Source: Abditibacterium sp.
Lineage (GTDB): Bacteria > Armatimonadota > Abditibacteriia > Abditibacteriales > Abditibacteriaceae
NCBI GenBank assembly: GCA_965199495.1
Contig: CBDASK010000003.1
Span: forward strand, 3,744,001-3,808,000
Length of the DNA: 64,000 nucleotides
Direction: 5' to 3'
Position 1 is the stretch's first letter. Every line of letters begins with the position of its first letter. The notes under the pieces are model-generated. The model made no database searches, was not told the origin of the DNA, and saw only the letters and a list, made by a program, of their open reading frames with translations. The position numbers and the translations under genes are program-made. Of this stretch, positions 48,843 through 59,016 are shown piece after piece.

Positions 48843-49565
48843 TCAAACATCGCTCAGGCCCATTTCGTCGAGAATCTGCTTGACGGCGTTGACTACGACG
48901 GTATCGGTGACGGCGCGTGGGCGCGGCGTTGGAATGGAAACTTCGCAGCAAATGCGCGCCGGGCGCGCCGACAAAACCAAGATGCGGTCGGCCATTTGCG
49001 CGGCTTCTTCGATGTCGTGGGTGACAAAAATGACCGTGCGCGGGCGTTCTTGGAGCAGACGCGCGAATTCGCTACGCAGCCTCAATCGCGTGAGATAATC
49101 GAGCGCGGAAAACGGTTCGTCGAGCAGCAAAACGTCGGTTTCTCCGGCCAAGGCGCGCGCGATTTCGACGCGCTGACGCATGCCGCCCGACAGTTGATGC
49201 GGGAAATTCTCGCCAAAATCGGCGATGCCCACCAACGCCAGTAATTCGGCGATTTGATTTTGGCGCTGCTGTTGGCTCTTAATGTGGCGCAAACCGAGTT
49301 CGATGTTTTCCGCCGCGCTCATCCACGGCAAAAGCCCGTCGCTCTGGAAAACCATGCGCGTTTTGCCGTCGCGCCGCACCGTCCCCGACGAGGGCGCGTC
49401 GTGGCCGGAAAGCAAATTTAACAGCGTGGTTTTGCCGCAACCCGAAGGCCCGACGACCGCGACGAACTCGCCGCGCGCGATTTCCAAATTCAAATCGGCG
49501 AAAACTTCGAGCGCGCCAAAACGCCGCGCGACGTTTTGCAATTGCAAGATCGGTTTAGCGTTCAT
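48843..49565 (-). CDS. ABC ATPase (NitT/TauT family)
   Basis: GPSGCGKT, LSGGMRQR, DEPFSALD and VTHD. Confidence 0.92.
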   Translation of the reverse strand: MNAKPILQLQNVARRFGALEVFADLNLEIARGEFVAVVGPSGCGKTTLLNLLSGHDAPSSGTVRRDGKTRMVFQSDGLLPWMSAAENIELGLRHIKSQQQRQNQIAELLALVGIADFGENFPHQLSGGMRQRVEIARALAGETDVLLLDEPFSALDYLTRLRLRSEFARLLQERPRTVIFVTHDIEEAAQMADRILVLSARPARICCEVSIPTPRPRAVTDTVVVNAVKQILDEMGLSDV

Positions 49566-50334
49566 AACCCCACCTCACGCTCGGAATGCGCGTCAATCGA
49601 AGCAACAACCGGTCGAGGCCCACGCCAATGATGCCGATAACTAACATATTGGCTACTAAAAGTTCGGGCGCGAGCGCGTTGCGCGCGTCCACGATGGCGA
49701 AACCTAAACCATCCTGAGCGCCATTGGTTTCCGCCGCGACGACGACGACCCAAGCGATGCCCGCCGTCACGCGCAGTGTCGTGATGAGTTGCGGCAAAAT
49801 CGCGGGTAAGGTGATTTGCATGAGTTTTTGGCGCCCGCGCAAATCGTAGTCGCGCGCCACGCGAAAATAGACGTTGGGAATGGTATCAACTGCCGCAATC
49901 GTCGCCAGCACGATGGGGAAAAACGTGGACAGAAAAATCAGGAAAATCGCCGAAGCATCGCCGATGCCGAACCACAAAATGGCGAATCCGAGCCAGGCGA
50001 GCGGCGACAGCGAACGGAAAAAATTGACGCCCGGCAAAAACGCCGCGCGCGCGAGGGCAATTTGGCCCAATCCCAAACCGCACGGCACGCCGAGTAGCGT
50101 TCCCAATCCAAAACCCGCCGCGACGCGAAAAAGCGAGGCGATGGTGTCGTTCCAAAGCCGTCCGGCGCGCCATTCCTCGCCCAATCCGGCCCAAACAGCG
50201 GCGGGCGAAGGAAACAGCGTGGCCACAAAAACGCCCGTCGCCGACAAAATTTGCCACAGCATTAGCGCCAACGCGCCCACTAAGACGGGCAAAAACCAAC
50301 GGGCAAGACGGTCGCGCGCGCGCAAATCAGGCAT
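49555..50334 (-). CDS. ABC permease (NitT/TauT family)
   Basis: FPSP, SLFRV, PLAW and AWVVVVAAE. Confidence 0.9.
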   Translation of the reverse strand: MPDLRARDRLARWFLPVLVGALALMLWQILSATGVFVATLFPSPAAVWAGLGEEWRAGRLWNDTIASLFRVAAGFGLGTLLGVPCGLGLGQIALARAAFLPGVNFFRSLSPLAWLGFAILWFGIGDASAIFLIFLSTFFPIVLATIAAVDTIPNVYFRVARDYDLRGRQKLMQITLPAILPQLITTLRVTAGIAWVVVVAAETNGAQDGLGFAIVDARNALAPELLVANMLVIGIIGVGLDRLLLRLTRIPSVRWGYER

Positions 50335-50492
50335 GGCAATCTATTTTATCAGCTTAATTAACCGAGAATTGGTTGCAAGTGTGTCAGGCAGTTTTGAAAA
50401 CGTATTTGAGGCTCACTCTGAGAGACTGTGTTCAAATATAGTAAATCCAACGGTGGTCTATTCGCGCATAAAGAGAAATCCAGTTTGCAGAA

Positions 50493-51359
50493 TTAATCAC
50501 AGCGCCAATTCACTAAATCGTCGCTCCACGCCAAACCCAGCGCCGCGCCATGCGGCGCTTCGCGGTCACCGTGAAAGAACATCGTCCAGCGACCTTTAAC
50601 ATGATTCGTTTCTAAAACCATCGGCGCCGTTGGCCCACCCGATGCCCACGATAATGTGGGAAAATCGAGATAACGAACATCACGCCAATCGAGCAAGTTC
50701 GTCGAGCGCGCGAAGCCGATACCGCGCCCATCGCGGCAGGGCGCGAAGAACATTATCCATTCGTCGTGGTGGCGAATGACGCAGGGATTTTCGACGGTTG
50801 AACCGTCGGGCGTTTGGGCGGCGCTCAAAACTGGCCGCGCATCGCTGGCTTCGCTCCACGACTTCAAATCGGGCGAAACCAATAATCCCAATTGGCCATC
50901 GCTTTTGTAAAAGCACCAAAATTTATCGTCGTGCTGCAACAGATAGGGATCGATTTGTCGCTTCGATTTGCACCAGTTGGAGGAGCAGCCACCGGGCTGC
51001 AAGAGAGCGGGCGCTTCCCAGTTTTCGCCGTCGCGACTGCGCATTGTCCACAACCGCGAGTTGTCGTTGCCATAGGCCGAAGTGCCCGTCGTCGGATAGG
51101 ATTGTAGACACAAAATCCGATTGTCGCCCACGCGAATCACGTTGCCGGGCGATGAAAAATTTAAACCCGTCTCAGTCAGGCGGCGTGGCTGTGACCAATG
51201 TTCTAAATCGCGACTTTTCACGACATCAAGGTAAAGCCGGTAACCCGCGTCGTCGTGTTCGACGACGGTATGGAAGCAATGATAATAATCGTTGTGGAAA
51301 AAGACTGCTGGATCGCGCAGGGCGGCGCGCGGTTCGTGGTCTAAAAATGGATTGGGCAT
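50493..51359 (-). CDS. Five-bladed beta-propeller glycosidase (GH32/43/130-like)
   Basis: LRDPAVF, IDPYL, ENPCV and WSDDLVNW repeats. Confidence 0.75.
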   Translation of the reverse strand: MPNPFLDHEPRAALRDPAVFFHNDYYHCFHTVVEHDDAGYRLYLDVVKSRDLEHWSQPRRLTETGLNFSSPGNVIRVGDNRILCLQSYPTTGTSAYGNDNSRLWTMRSRDGENWEAPALLQPGGCSSNWCKSKRQIDPYLLQHDDKFWCFYKSDGQLGLLVSPDLKSWSEASDARPVLSAAQTPDGSTVENPCVIRHHDEWIMFFAPCRDGRGIGFARSTNLLDWRDVRYLDFPTLSWASGGPTAPMVLETNHVKGRWTMFFHGDREAPHGAALGLAWSDDLVNWRCD

Positions 51360-51455
51360 CGCACGAGAGTTTGACTTCGAGCGCGCGATAAATTCTGGGC
51401 GATTTGGTAAACCAAAAAATTTTATTCGACTAAACTTATCGGCAGTTTTACATTT

Positions 51456-52424
51456 ATGCCTTTTATCCAACGCGCCGCGTTTTGGTTAGCCATGCCCGTT
51501 TTTTGCGGCGCCGCCCATGCCGCGTCGCCCGCCGAGGCGCCGCCTATTCAGGCTATCACGCTGCAAACTTACGATGATCCGTGGCCCAAAGCGGTTGCGC
51601 GCGAGCGCGACATCGCCAACAATCTCTACTCGCAAACTTTGGAGCCGTTCGATTACGCCGCGTCGCAGGTCACGATTTCTTACCAACGCACGCAGAAGCA
51701 CGCTTATTTTAGCGGCCACATCTCGGCGCGCGGGCTGAAGCCTAATTTCGCTTATCAACTCAAGCTCGCGGGCAAGCCGATTTTTGGCAACCGCGGGACG
51801 GGCACGGCGACTTCTTACATCGAAGCGAGTTCGCTCTACGCTGGCGCGACTCCGATTGTTCACATCGTCAACGATGAAAATGGCGCTCCGACGCCGATTA
51901 ATGGTGACGATTGGACGAATCAACAGTTAGGTTACGCGGGCCGTTGGTGGGACGACAGCCACGCGCCCACGACCAACTTGAATGACGCGTATTTTGAGCG
52001 CAATACTCCCTATCTCACGATTTACGGCTACATTTTTATGGGCGATTTCATTACCGATGCCAACGGCAACGCCGAAGCCGATGTGAATGGGGCGCACTCG
52101 TATCATATTACGTGGCAGGACGGGCAGGACAACGCCACCAAAGACGTGAAATTTGGGACGTTCAAGGTTGCGAGCGCGCCGCCATTCTACGGTTACAAAT
52201 TCGATATTTACCCGCGCAAAGTCAGACTTTGGTATGAATACGAGAAAGGCCGCGCGCACGATGTAAAGCTCGCGCCCGGCACTTATCATTGCCGCTTGCT
52301 GGTCACCGAAGAGGCTTTTCATACGGCGGGCGGTTTGTGGGGCGGCGTCTGGAAAACCGTGTTGGCGACCGAAACCAACGACTCCAATCCGGCCAACGAT
52401 TTGACTTTCGTCATCGGAAATTGA
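51456..52424 (+). CDS. Hypothetical secreted protein
   Basis: AHA-type signal peptide and host-like codon usage. Confidence 0.65.
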   Translation: MPFIQRAAFWLAMPVFCGAAHAASPAEAPPIQAITLQTYDDPWPKAVARERDIANNLYSQTLEPFDYAASQVTISYQRTQKHAYFSGHISARGLKPNFAYQLKLAGKPIFGNRGTGTATSYIEASSLYAGATPIVHIVNDENGAPTPINGDDWTNQQLGYAGRWWDDSHAPTTNLNDAYFERNTPYLTIYGYIFMGDFITDANGNAEADVNGAHSYHITWQDGQDNATKDVKFGTFKVASAPPFYGYKFDIYPRKVRLWYEYEKGRAHDVKLAPGTYHCRLLVTEEAFHTAGGLWGGVWKTVLATETNDSNPANDLTFVIGN

Positions 52425-52437
52425 GCGTGATTTAAAA

Positions 52438-53217
52438 ATGTCAACGCTTCGTTTCGCCGTTGCCGGCGATGTTCACGGCGACCATTGGAAAATGATCGGT
52501 TTGCTATCGGGCTGGGAAAAATCGCGTAAAAAGTCGCTCGATTTCGTGTTGCAAGTCGGCGATTTCGAGCCGCACCGCGATGAAGCCGATTTAGCGACGA
52601 TGGCCGCGCCCGCCAAATATCGCGACTTGGGCGATTTTCCAATTTTCGGGCGCGGTGAAGCCAGTTTTCCGTGGCCAATTACTTTTATCGGTGGCAATCA
52701 CGAGCCTTACGGCTGGCTCGAAACTTTGCCCAATGGCGGACAAATCGCGCCCAATTGCTATTACATTGGGCGCGCGAACGTGGTCGAAATCGGCGACTTG
52801 AAAGTCGCCGGATTGAGCGGAATATTTCAGTCGCCTTTGTTCAAAGCAACGCGGCCCGATGTTGCGCAATTCGGTCGTAAATCGAACAAAGATTGGATCG
52901 GCTGGAACGAAGGCGACATCGAGAAATTATTAACTCTGGGCCGCGCCGACATCTTTTTATTGCACGAATGGCCGGTTGAATTTGGTGACAATCAACGCCA
53001 CTTCGCCGACGTGGCTGCTCGCGGGTGGATCGAACTGGCGCTGGAATCTTTGCGGCCCCAATTGATTTTTTGCGGGCATTTGCATCATCGTCTGCGCAGC
53101 GCGGCGCGCGTGAATGGCATCACTGTTCCGGTTGAATGTCTGGTGCAAGTTTCGTCGGGGCGCGATTCGTTTGCGGTTTTCGAGCGCGAAAATGACGAAT
53201 GGCGCGAACTCGATTAG
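52438..53217 (+). CDS. Metallophosphoesterase similar to RNA lariat debranching enzyme Dbr1
   Basis: GDVHG, GDF, MAAPAKYR, FIGGNHE, GG.IAPN.YY.G, GLSGIF, DIFLLHEWP and GHLH. Confidence 0.85.
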   Translation: MSTLRFAVAGDVHGDHWKMIGLLSGWEKSRKKSLDFVLQVGDFEPHRDEADLATMAAPAKYRDLGDFPIFGRGEASFPWPITFIGGNHEPYGWLETLPNGGQIAPNCYYIGRANVVEIGDLKVAGLSGIFQSPLFKATRPDVAQFGRKSNKDWIGWNEGDIEKLLTLGRADIFLLHEWPVEFGDNQRHFADVAARGWIELALESLRPQLIFCGHLHHRLRSAARVNGITVPVECLVQVSSGRDSFAVFERENDEWRELD

Positions 53218-53269
53218 GAGTTCGCGCCATTTTGGTTTGCGTTGATAGCCCTTAGCAGTGCGAAGGCTA

Positions 53270-53349
53270 CAAGGGCGGGGCTTGCGCCTCCTTCCAAGCG
53301 GGGCGCGAAGAGAAGTCCCGATTGGAAGGAGGCGCAAGCCCCGCCCTTG
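53270..53349. repeat. REP-like doublet (AGGGCGGGGCTTGCGCC)
   Basis: CAAGGGCGGGGCTTGCGCCTCCTTCCAA and its exact complement. Confidence 0.8.
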
Positions 53350-53388
53350 AACAGGTGTAGCCAATCTAAATGTGAAGGGCTATATTCC

Positions 53389-54447
53389 TCAGTTGCTAAA
53401 ACGTCCCTCGAAATTCTCGCCCGCCGATGTCAAGGCGCGTTCGCCGGTACCATCCAAATTCGAGGTTTGGATTTGGCCGCGTCCGTCGTTGGCGTTGCTG
53501 GCCAGATAAATCAAACGATTATCCGGGCTGAAGCTGGGCTGGCTGCGATAGGCGAAGCCATTGCCCGCGTTGAAGCTGGTTGACGCGGGCGTGCCATCGA
53601 GATTGCGCAGCGAAATCGTGCTGGCGCCCGCCGTCTCGACGGTGACGGCCAACGTCTGACCATTGCGCGAAAACGCCGGTTGAAGATAACGCTCGCTCGC
53701 ATTGTTGTCGCTGACCAAAAGCGGGCGCTGGCCGGTGCCATTGGAATTCATAATGTAAACGCCGCGCGAGCTGTTGCGCACCGAATAAAACGCGATGCTG
53801 CGGCTATCGCTCGTCCATGCGGGTTGCGAGTCTTCGCCGATGTTGTCGGTGATGACCGCTTGATTATCGCCAGTGATGTCCATGACCGCGATGTTTTTGC
53901 TGCCGCCGCGCGTGGTCGTCCACGCGATTTTGGTTCCGTCGGGCGAAACTGTCGGCTCGGTGTCGTCGGGCGCGAAATCGCCTGTGTCGTTGGTATAAGC
54001 CTTGACATTCGTGCCGTCGGCGCGCGCGGTGAAAATTTCGTAATTGGCGATGTTGGCGCCATTGGGCCGATTGGAACTCCACACAATGCGCGCGCCGTTG
54101 GGCGCAATCGTCGGGTCGCGCTCTTCATCGGTCGAGTTCAGCGCGCTAAATTCGCGTTGATTGTTGCCCTGCGCGTCCATCAGAAAAATGTCGGGCGTGC
54201 CGTTGCGCGTCGAAACGAAACCGATTTGTCCGTTCAGCGAAACCGGCCCCATTGTCGGCGTCGGCGTGGGATTGACGGGCGTTGGCGTTGGCTGGCCCGG
54301 TATTGGCGTCGGCGTCGGTTGGCCGGGAATTGGCGTGGCTGTTGGGTGCGGGGCCGACGGGCCGCTCCCGCCACCGCCGCAACCGGCGATGAGAAAACTG
54401 GCGGCGAAAAGGCTGGTGCCCACAGAAGTAATCATTTGAAATTTCAT
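53389..54447 (-). CDS. TolB-like (PD40) beta-propeller lipoprotein with Pro/Thr linker
   Basis: IAGC lipobox, PTPTP repeats and P..SPDG..IA repeats. Confidence 0.85.
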   Translation of the reverse strand: MKFQMITSVGTSLFAASFLIAGCGGGGSGPSAPHPTATPIPGQPTPTPIPGQPTPTPVNPTPTPTMGPVSLNGQIGFVSTRNGTPDIFLMDAQGNNQREFSALNSTDEERDPTIAPNGARIVWSSNRPNGANIANYEIFTARADGTNVKAYTNDTGDFAPDDTEPTVSPDGTKIAWTTTRGGSKNIAVMDITGDNQAVITDNIGEDSQPAWTSDSRSIAFYSVRNSSRGVYIMNSNGTGQRPLLVSDNNASERYLQPAFSRNGQTLAVTVETAGASTISLRNLDGTPASTSFNAGNGFAYRSQPSFSPDNRLIYLASNANDGRGQIQTSNLDGTGERALTSAGENFEGRFSN

Positions 54448-54540
54448 TGGAGTTATAAAGGCGTCTCAATTATTTTGCGATTTTTGTGAAAACTTGTCAA
54501 GCTAAAGTTTGCTTTTTGGCTTCTGCCATACTTTAGTGCG

Positions 54541-55398
54541 ATGTCTTCTGATTCATGGGCCGTCGAGTGTAGCCACGTCGAGTTCGCGCCGCCGGGTTTA
54601 AATCTTCCGGGTTTGTCCGATTTCTCGCTGCAAGTCGCACAAGGCGAAATCGTGGTTTTGCTGGGCGAATCCGATTCGGGCAAAACGGCGGCGCTGCGCC
54701 TCATCAACGCTTTGACGATGCCAGATAACGGCGAAGTTTGGGTCGAAGGCCGCGCGATAAGCGAATGGAACGCCATCGAATTGCGCTGTCAAATCGGCAC
54801 AGTTTTGCAGGACGACTGCTTATTTTCCCACTTTTCGGTCGCCCAAAACGTCGCGTTGGTGCCCGAATTGTTGGGCTGGGAGCGCGCCAAAATCGAAGCG
54901 CGCACCCGCGAAATGTTGGAATTAGTCAATCTGCTGCCCGATCAATTCGCGGCCCAGTTTCCAGCTCAACTGTCGAACAGCCAGCGCCAACGCGTCGGCA
55001 TCGCGCGCGCACTGGCCGCGAATCAATCCGTTTTATTATTGGATGAACCTTTCGGTAATCTCGACCCTTTGGCACGAGAGAACTTGCGCGACGACTTTGC
55101 GCAGTTACGCCGCAAGTTGAACGTAACCGCGATCTTCGCGACGCAAGATTTGCGCGAGGCGTTATTGTTGGGCGATAAAATCGCGTTGCTGCGAGAGGGT
55201 AAATTAACGTTTTTCGGCACGCCACAACAGTTCGCTCTGACCGACAACCCCGACGCCGTGGCTTATCGCGCCACGATGGATTTGCCCGCATGGATGATGG
55301 CCGATGAAGGCGTGGACGAAACTGAAGAAATCGTCAAAGAACCGGGACTGCGCGCGAAGTTAAAGCGCGCGGGCAGACGGTTAAAAGCGAAATTTTAG
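54541..55398 (+). CDS. Orphan ABC ATPase (osmoprotectant type) with degenerate motifs
   Basis: GESDSGKT, LSNSQRQR, DEPFG and ATQD. Confidence 0.8.
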   Translation: MSSDSWAVECSHVEFAPPGLNLPGLSDFSLQVAQGEIVVLLGESDSGKTAALRLINALTMPDNGEVWVEGRAISEWNAIELRCQIGTVLQDDCLFSHFSVAQNVALVPELLGWERAKIEARTREMLELVNLLPDQFAAQFPAQLSNSQRQRVGIARALAANQSVLLLDEPFGNLDPLARENLRDDFAQLRRKLNVTAIFATQDLREALLLGDKIALLREGKLTFFGTPQQFALTDNPDAVAYRATMDLPAWMMADEGVDETEEIVKEPGLRAKLKRAGRRLKAKF

Positions 55399-55497
55399 GT
55401 TTGCGCAGTGGCAGAAAACCTACCGCTCCCTATAACTCCAAAATTCCGCCGCGATTTCGGTGGGCGTTGGAGCGATAGTCTTCATTGAAATTAAATG

Positions 55498-57567
55498 CTA
55501 ATTCGGCATTAGCAAATGGCCGACGCGTCCGTTTAAACCGTCAACGGCCAGCCAGAACAGCATCATCGTTACGTCGCCCAGCGCTAACCCCAAAAAGCCC
55601 GGCATCGCTTTGCGATAGGAATCGTTGCCGCCAAAACGCGTGATCAAAGTTTTGGCGAGCCAGCCCAGAAAGAACGAGAACCAGAACATCTGCGCCGCGA
55701 ACGTCAGGCTGAGCAGATAGCCAATCGGGTGAAACGGAAACCACGCGAAGCGGCTGCGCATCAGCATCATGCCCCACGTCAGGGCGGCGCCGATGCACAG
55801 CCACAGCCAGTTTGTGACGGGCGCGGTCGCTTTGTCTTGCATAATGTTCTCGGTGAATTTCGCCGGGCTTTGCGATAAAAATTCGCGCGCCCAACTGCTG
55901 GTCAGCGACAAACCGCCGTTTTCGTAGCCCAATCGCACCACCATCCACAAACTCATGCCAAGCGAAATCAGCGTGACGACTGAGATCAATTTCAATAGTG
56001 GACGAGCCGGAATTTTGTTGTCGTGCGCCAACTTGAAACTATGCACGAACGACGGCATAATGAACGCGCGCATATGAAAAATCAGCCCGGCCTGTACGAA
56101 CGATGCGGGCACCAAGCCCGCCGTGGCTCCTGTCAGCCAACCCAAACTCGATGGCAACAGCCGGTTAATCGCGTTGAGCGGATACATATCGTGCAACAAA
56201 AACAAGACGCCGCCCTCGACGGCCATGCGCGATAGAACAATCGCGAACACCAGATAACTCGCCCACAACGTCAGAGCTATGTCGAATCTAACGCCCAGCA
56301 CAAGGGTAAAACCGATGAGAAAAGCAAAAGACAGCGCGAAACCCCAGAACGCCGCCGGATACGATAATGCCTCGGTTCCCTCGTCGGCGCGCGCGCGTTC
56401 GCGGCCAAAGGCGCGGCGCAAAATATGTTTGGCGTGTTCGCGCCCGGTGTAGACCACCAAAAATGTGTAGGCCAGATAAGCGCCGTAAACCTGAAAACCC
56501 TGAAACAATTTGCCGGGAAAAGTCAGCGCCGCGTCGGGCAGAGTTGACGGCATGAAACCGGTGTAGTAGGCGCCGATCATCTGGAACTTCATGAACAAAT
56601 AGAAGAACCACAACGAAAACGAAACTTCTGAAGTTAGCAAATATGTGATGCCGACTGCAATCGGAAAGACCGAAACGTTGACCCAGCCCAACTGATTCCA
56701 CGGCGCTTCGGTAAATAAACTGCCCGTGTCAATGCCGAGCGGAAAATCCGGCACGTCGGGAAAGTAAAGGTGCAAACCGCGCATCAATTGAATGAAAACC
56801 GCGATGCCAAAACCGATCCACATCATCGGATTGCGGAAGAATCGCCCGAACGTCCCAAATTTGTCGGGTTCGTCCATGTCCTCGACCATCTGCAACGGCA
56901 ACTTGAGCAGGGGAAACGAAAGCGCCTCGTTTTGCGCCCACTGCTGGCGCAGCATCACGCTCAGGCACGCCAGCATAATGTAAATCGCCAGAATCGCCAG
57001 CGTCCACACCGCCAAAGGCAAAAGCCACGCCGCCCACGGAATCGAAGCGCCGGGCCGCAAACCCTCATACCAACCGGCGACAACCGTCTGATTATAAGCG
57101 CCCGTGGCTGGATCAATCGAAGGCGTCATCCACGGTTTCATCGCCGGTTGCAGAAATTCGAGCCATTTGTTTTCGCGCGTCGCATAATAAAACGGCGCGA
57201 TGAGAACTGGAACGATCAAATTTTCGGCGCCGTGCCCCGGCACCAGACTGGAAAACAAACACGAAATATAAACCGTCAGCGCTTCGTTGCGCGTGAAAGA
57301 TAATTTTTTGGAAAGCGTGCGCACGAGCGGATTGACCAGCAAAACCAAAATCAACAACGCGCCGATGGCGCCCGGCGGCAGGTGCGTGCCGCCCAAAAAC
57401 GTGTTGAGCAGTTTGAAATCAATGACCGGCAGCAAATATCCCAGCACGAACGCCAGCGCGATGCAAATGGCGATGACGCGAAACGAGATGCCGCGCTCGC
57501 GCGCCGTGCGGTTATCGCTGTTGGCTTGAGTGGCAGATTGCGGCGCGGAGGCGAAAGGGGCTTGCAT
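55498..57567 (-). CDS. Large polytopic membrane protein (DUF6785/DUF6784-like), paralog 2
   Basis: Shares HLPPGA, PGHGAEN, PFYYATRENK and QWAQNEAL.FPLL with 36397-38628. Confidence 0.75.
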   Translation of the reverse strand: MQAPFASAPQSATQANSDNRTARERGISFRVIAICIALAFVLGYLLPVIDFKLLNTFLGGTHLPPGAIGALLILVLLVNPLVRTLSKKLSFTRNEALTVYISCLFSSLVPGHGAENLIVPVLIAPFYYATRENKWLEFLQPAMKPWMTPSIDPATGAYNQTVVAGWYEGLRPGASIPWAAWLLPLAVWTLAILAIYIMLACLSVMLRQQWAQNEALSFPLLKLPLQMVEDMDEPDKFGTFGRFFRNPMMWIGFGIAVFIQLMRGLHLYFPDVPDFPLGIDTGSLFTEAPWNQLGWVNVSVFPIAVGITYLLTSEVSFSLWFFYLFMKFQMIGAYYTGFMPSTLPDAALTFPGKLFQGFQVYGAYLAYTFLVVYTGREHAKHILRRAFGRERARADEGTEALSYPAAFWGFALSFAFLIGFTLVLGVRFDIALTLWASYLVFAIVLSRMAVEGGVLFLLHDMYPLNAINRLLPSSLGWLTGATAGLVPASFVQAGLIFHMRAFIMPSFVHSFKLAHDNKIPARPLLKLISVVTLISLGMSLWMVVRLGYENGGLSLTSSWAREFLSQSPAKFTENIMQDKATAPVTNWLWLCIGAALTWGMMLMRSRFAWFPFHPIGYLLSLTFAAQMFWFSFFLGWLAKTLITRFGGNDSYRKAMPGFLGLALGDVTMMLFWLAVDGLNGRVGHLLMPN

Positions 57568-57651
57568 AAATTGGGTTGTGGATTATAACAGTCTGGCAGA
57601 ATTGCAGTTATTCGTCACTCAAACTTTCATAAGCCATAACTCGCGTCCCCA

Positions 57652-58866
57652 TTAATTTTTATTCGCGCGCCCGTTCCCAAACGCTGCGCTGGCGCGTTTG
57701 ACAATCGCGATGACGGCGTCCTCGTCTTTCGAGGCGCCCGGATACAAATCGAAACTGTTGCCGGGATACCATTGCCAGAGTACCGTAATCGGAACGTTGG
57801 CCTTCGCCGTGGCTGCGAGGGCGCTCGCGAAATAATCCTGCTGGAATTGCGGGCTATAAGCCAACACTTTGCTACCGGGCAAGCGGCGGTCGAGCGACAA
57901 ACCCCATTCTTCGACCATGAAAGGTTTGCCGATTTGGTCGGCGTAACTTTTGTAAACGCCCAGATTTTTCCATTCGCCCAAGGGCAACTCGAACGGGTAG
58001 GGCGGCGCGAGCGGCTGCTTCAACTTTTTTAATTCGTCGTCAATGTTGGGATAGATATGCACCGACGCGAAATCAATATTTTTGTCCGCCCACAACGTTT
58101 TCCAGTAAGGCTGCCCGCTTTTGTCGCGGACGGGGCCGTCGGGCGAAACATGGAGCAAACCGCCCGCGTTGACCAGATGATTTGGATCGTTGCGTTTCAA
58201 TTCCGCCGCCGCGCGGTGAATGAAGCTCAAATAATTATCGACATCGCGCGATTCATCGGCCAAATTCAGCGTTTTATCTTCGTGGTAGCGCAAACCAAAC
58301 GGCACGATTTCGCCTGTAATCGAGTAACCCAGAATCGTCGGATCGTCCTTGTAAACGCGCTTGTTGATGCTGTTAACGCGATTGGGCGTGCGCGTATAAA
58401 TCGGTTTTAAGCGCTCGAAATTCGCCGGGTCGGTGATGTCGAACGGCGGTTTGGAATGGCGCCCGGTTTCGTAGGTCAGTGTGCTGAAATCAATGATGAC
58501 TTTCATGTTCTCCTGACGAGCCACGTCCAGTAACAAGTCCATGCGCTGCCAGACCGCTTCGGACAAATGATGATTCAAATCGCCATCGTTGAAGTCATAA
58601 ATCAGGGAAGTCGCGCGAAACAGCGAAAAGCCCGCGTTTTTGGCATCGCGAAAAATGCGCAGCACCTGCACGCGCGAAGTCGGGTTGCGCGCGACGCAAA
58701 GCTGATAACTGGTGAAGCCCAGCGCTTTGTATTCGTGTTCGTTGAGCCGAAACTGGTTGCCCTCGACGCCCACGAAATTGCGTTTCGCGGGCGTGGCGTG
58801 CGCGCCGGTTAAAAGCGAACCCAGTAAAATGGCGCAGAGCAGAAAAGAAAATTTTCTAAATAACAT
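57652..58866 (-). CDS. GH5-like glycoside hydrolase (mannanase-like)
   Basis: YKDDPTIL, DPNHLV, IDFASVHIYP and GKPFMVEEWG. Confidence 0.8.
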   Translation of the reverse strand: MLFRKFSFLLCAILLGSLLTGAHATPAKRNFVGVEGNQFRLNEHEYKALGFTSYQLCVARNPTSRVQVLRIFRDAKNAGFSLFRATSLIYDFNDGDLNHHLSEAVWQRMDLLLDVARQENMKVIIDFSTLTYETGRHSKPPFDITDPANFERLKPIYTRTPNRVNSINKRVYKDDPTILGYSITGEIVPFGLRYHEDKTLNLADESRDVDNYLSFIHRAAAELKRNDPNHLVNAGGLLHVSPDGPVRDKSGQPYWKTLWADKNIDFASVHIYPNIDDELKKLKQPLAPPYPFELPLGEWKNLGVYKSYADQIGKPFMVEEWGLSLDRRLPGSKVLAYSPQFQQDYFASALAATAKANVPITVLWQWYPGNSFDLYPGASKDEDAVIAIVKRASAAFGNGRANKN

Positions 58867-59016
58867 AGAGATTGCTAAAACGATTTTGCGGAGGTTGTTA
58901 AAGACCTTAGTTTCCCCGATTTGTTGCGGTGAATTTCAGATTGAATCGAGGGTATTTTTAAATTGGGTTTGAGTCAGTAGCGCGAAGCGGGGCGAGAAAC
59001 GTATCCTACAAAGGGC

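Noticed and set aside
54258..54345. GQPTPTP tandem repeats
   Set aside because: An ordinary Pro/Thr linker of a lipoprotein.
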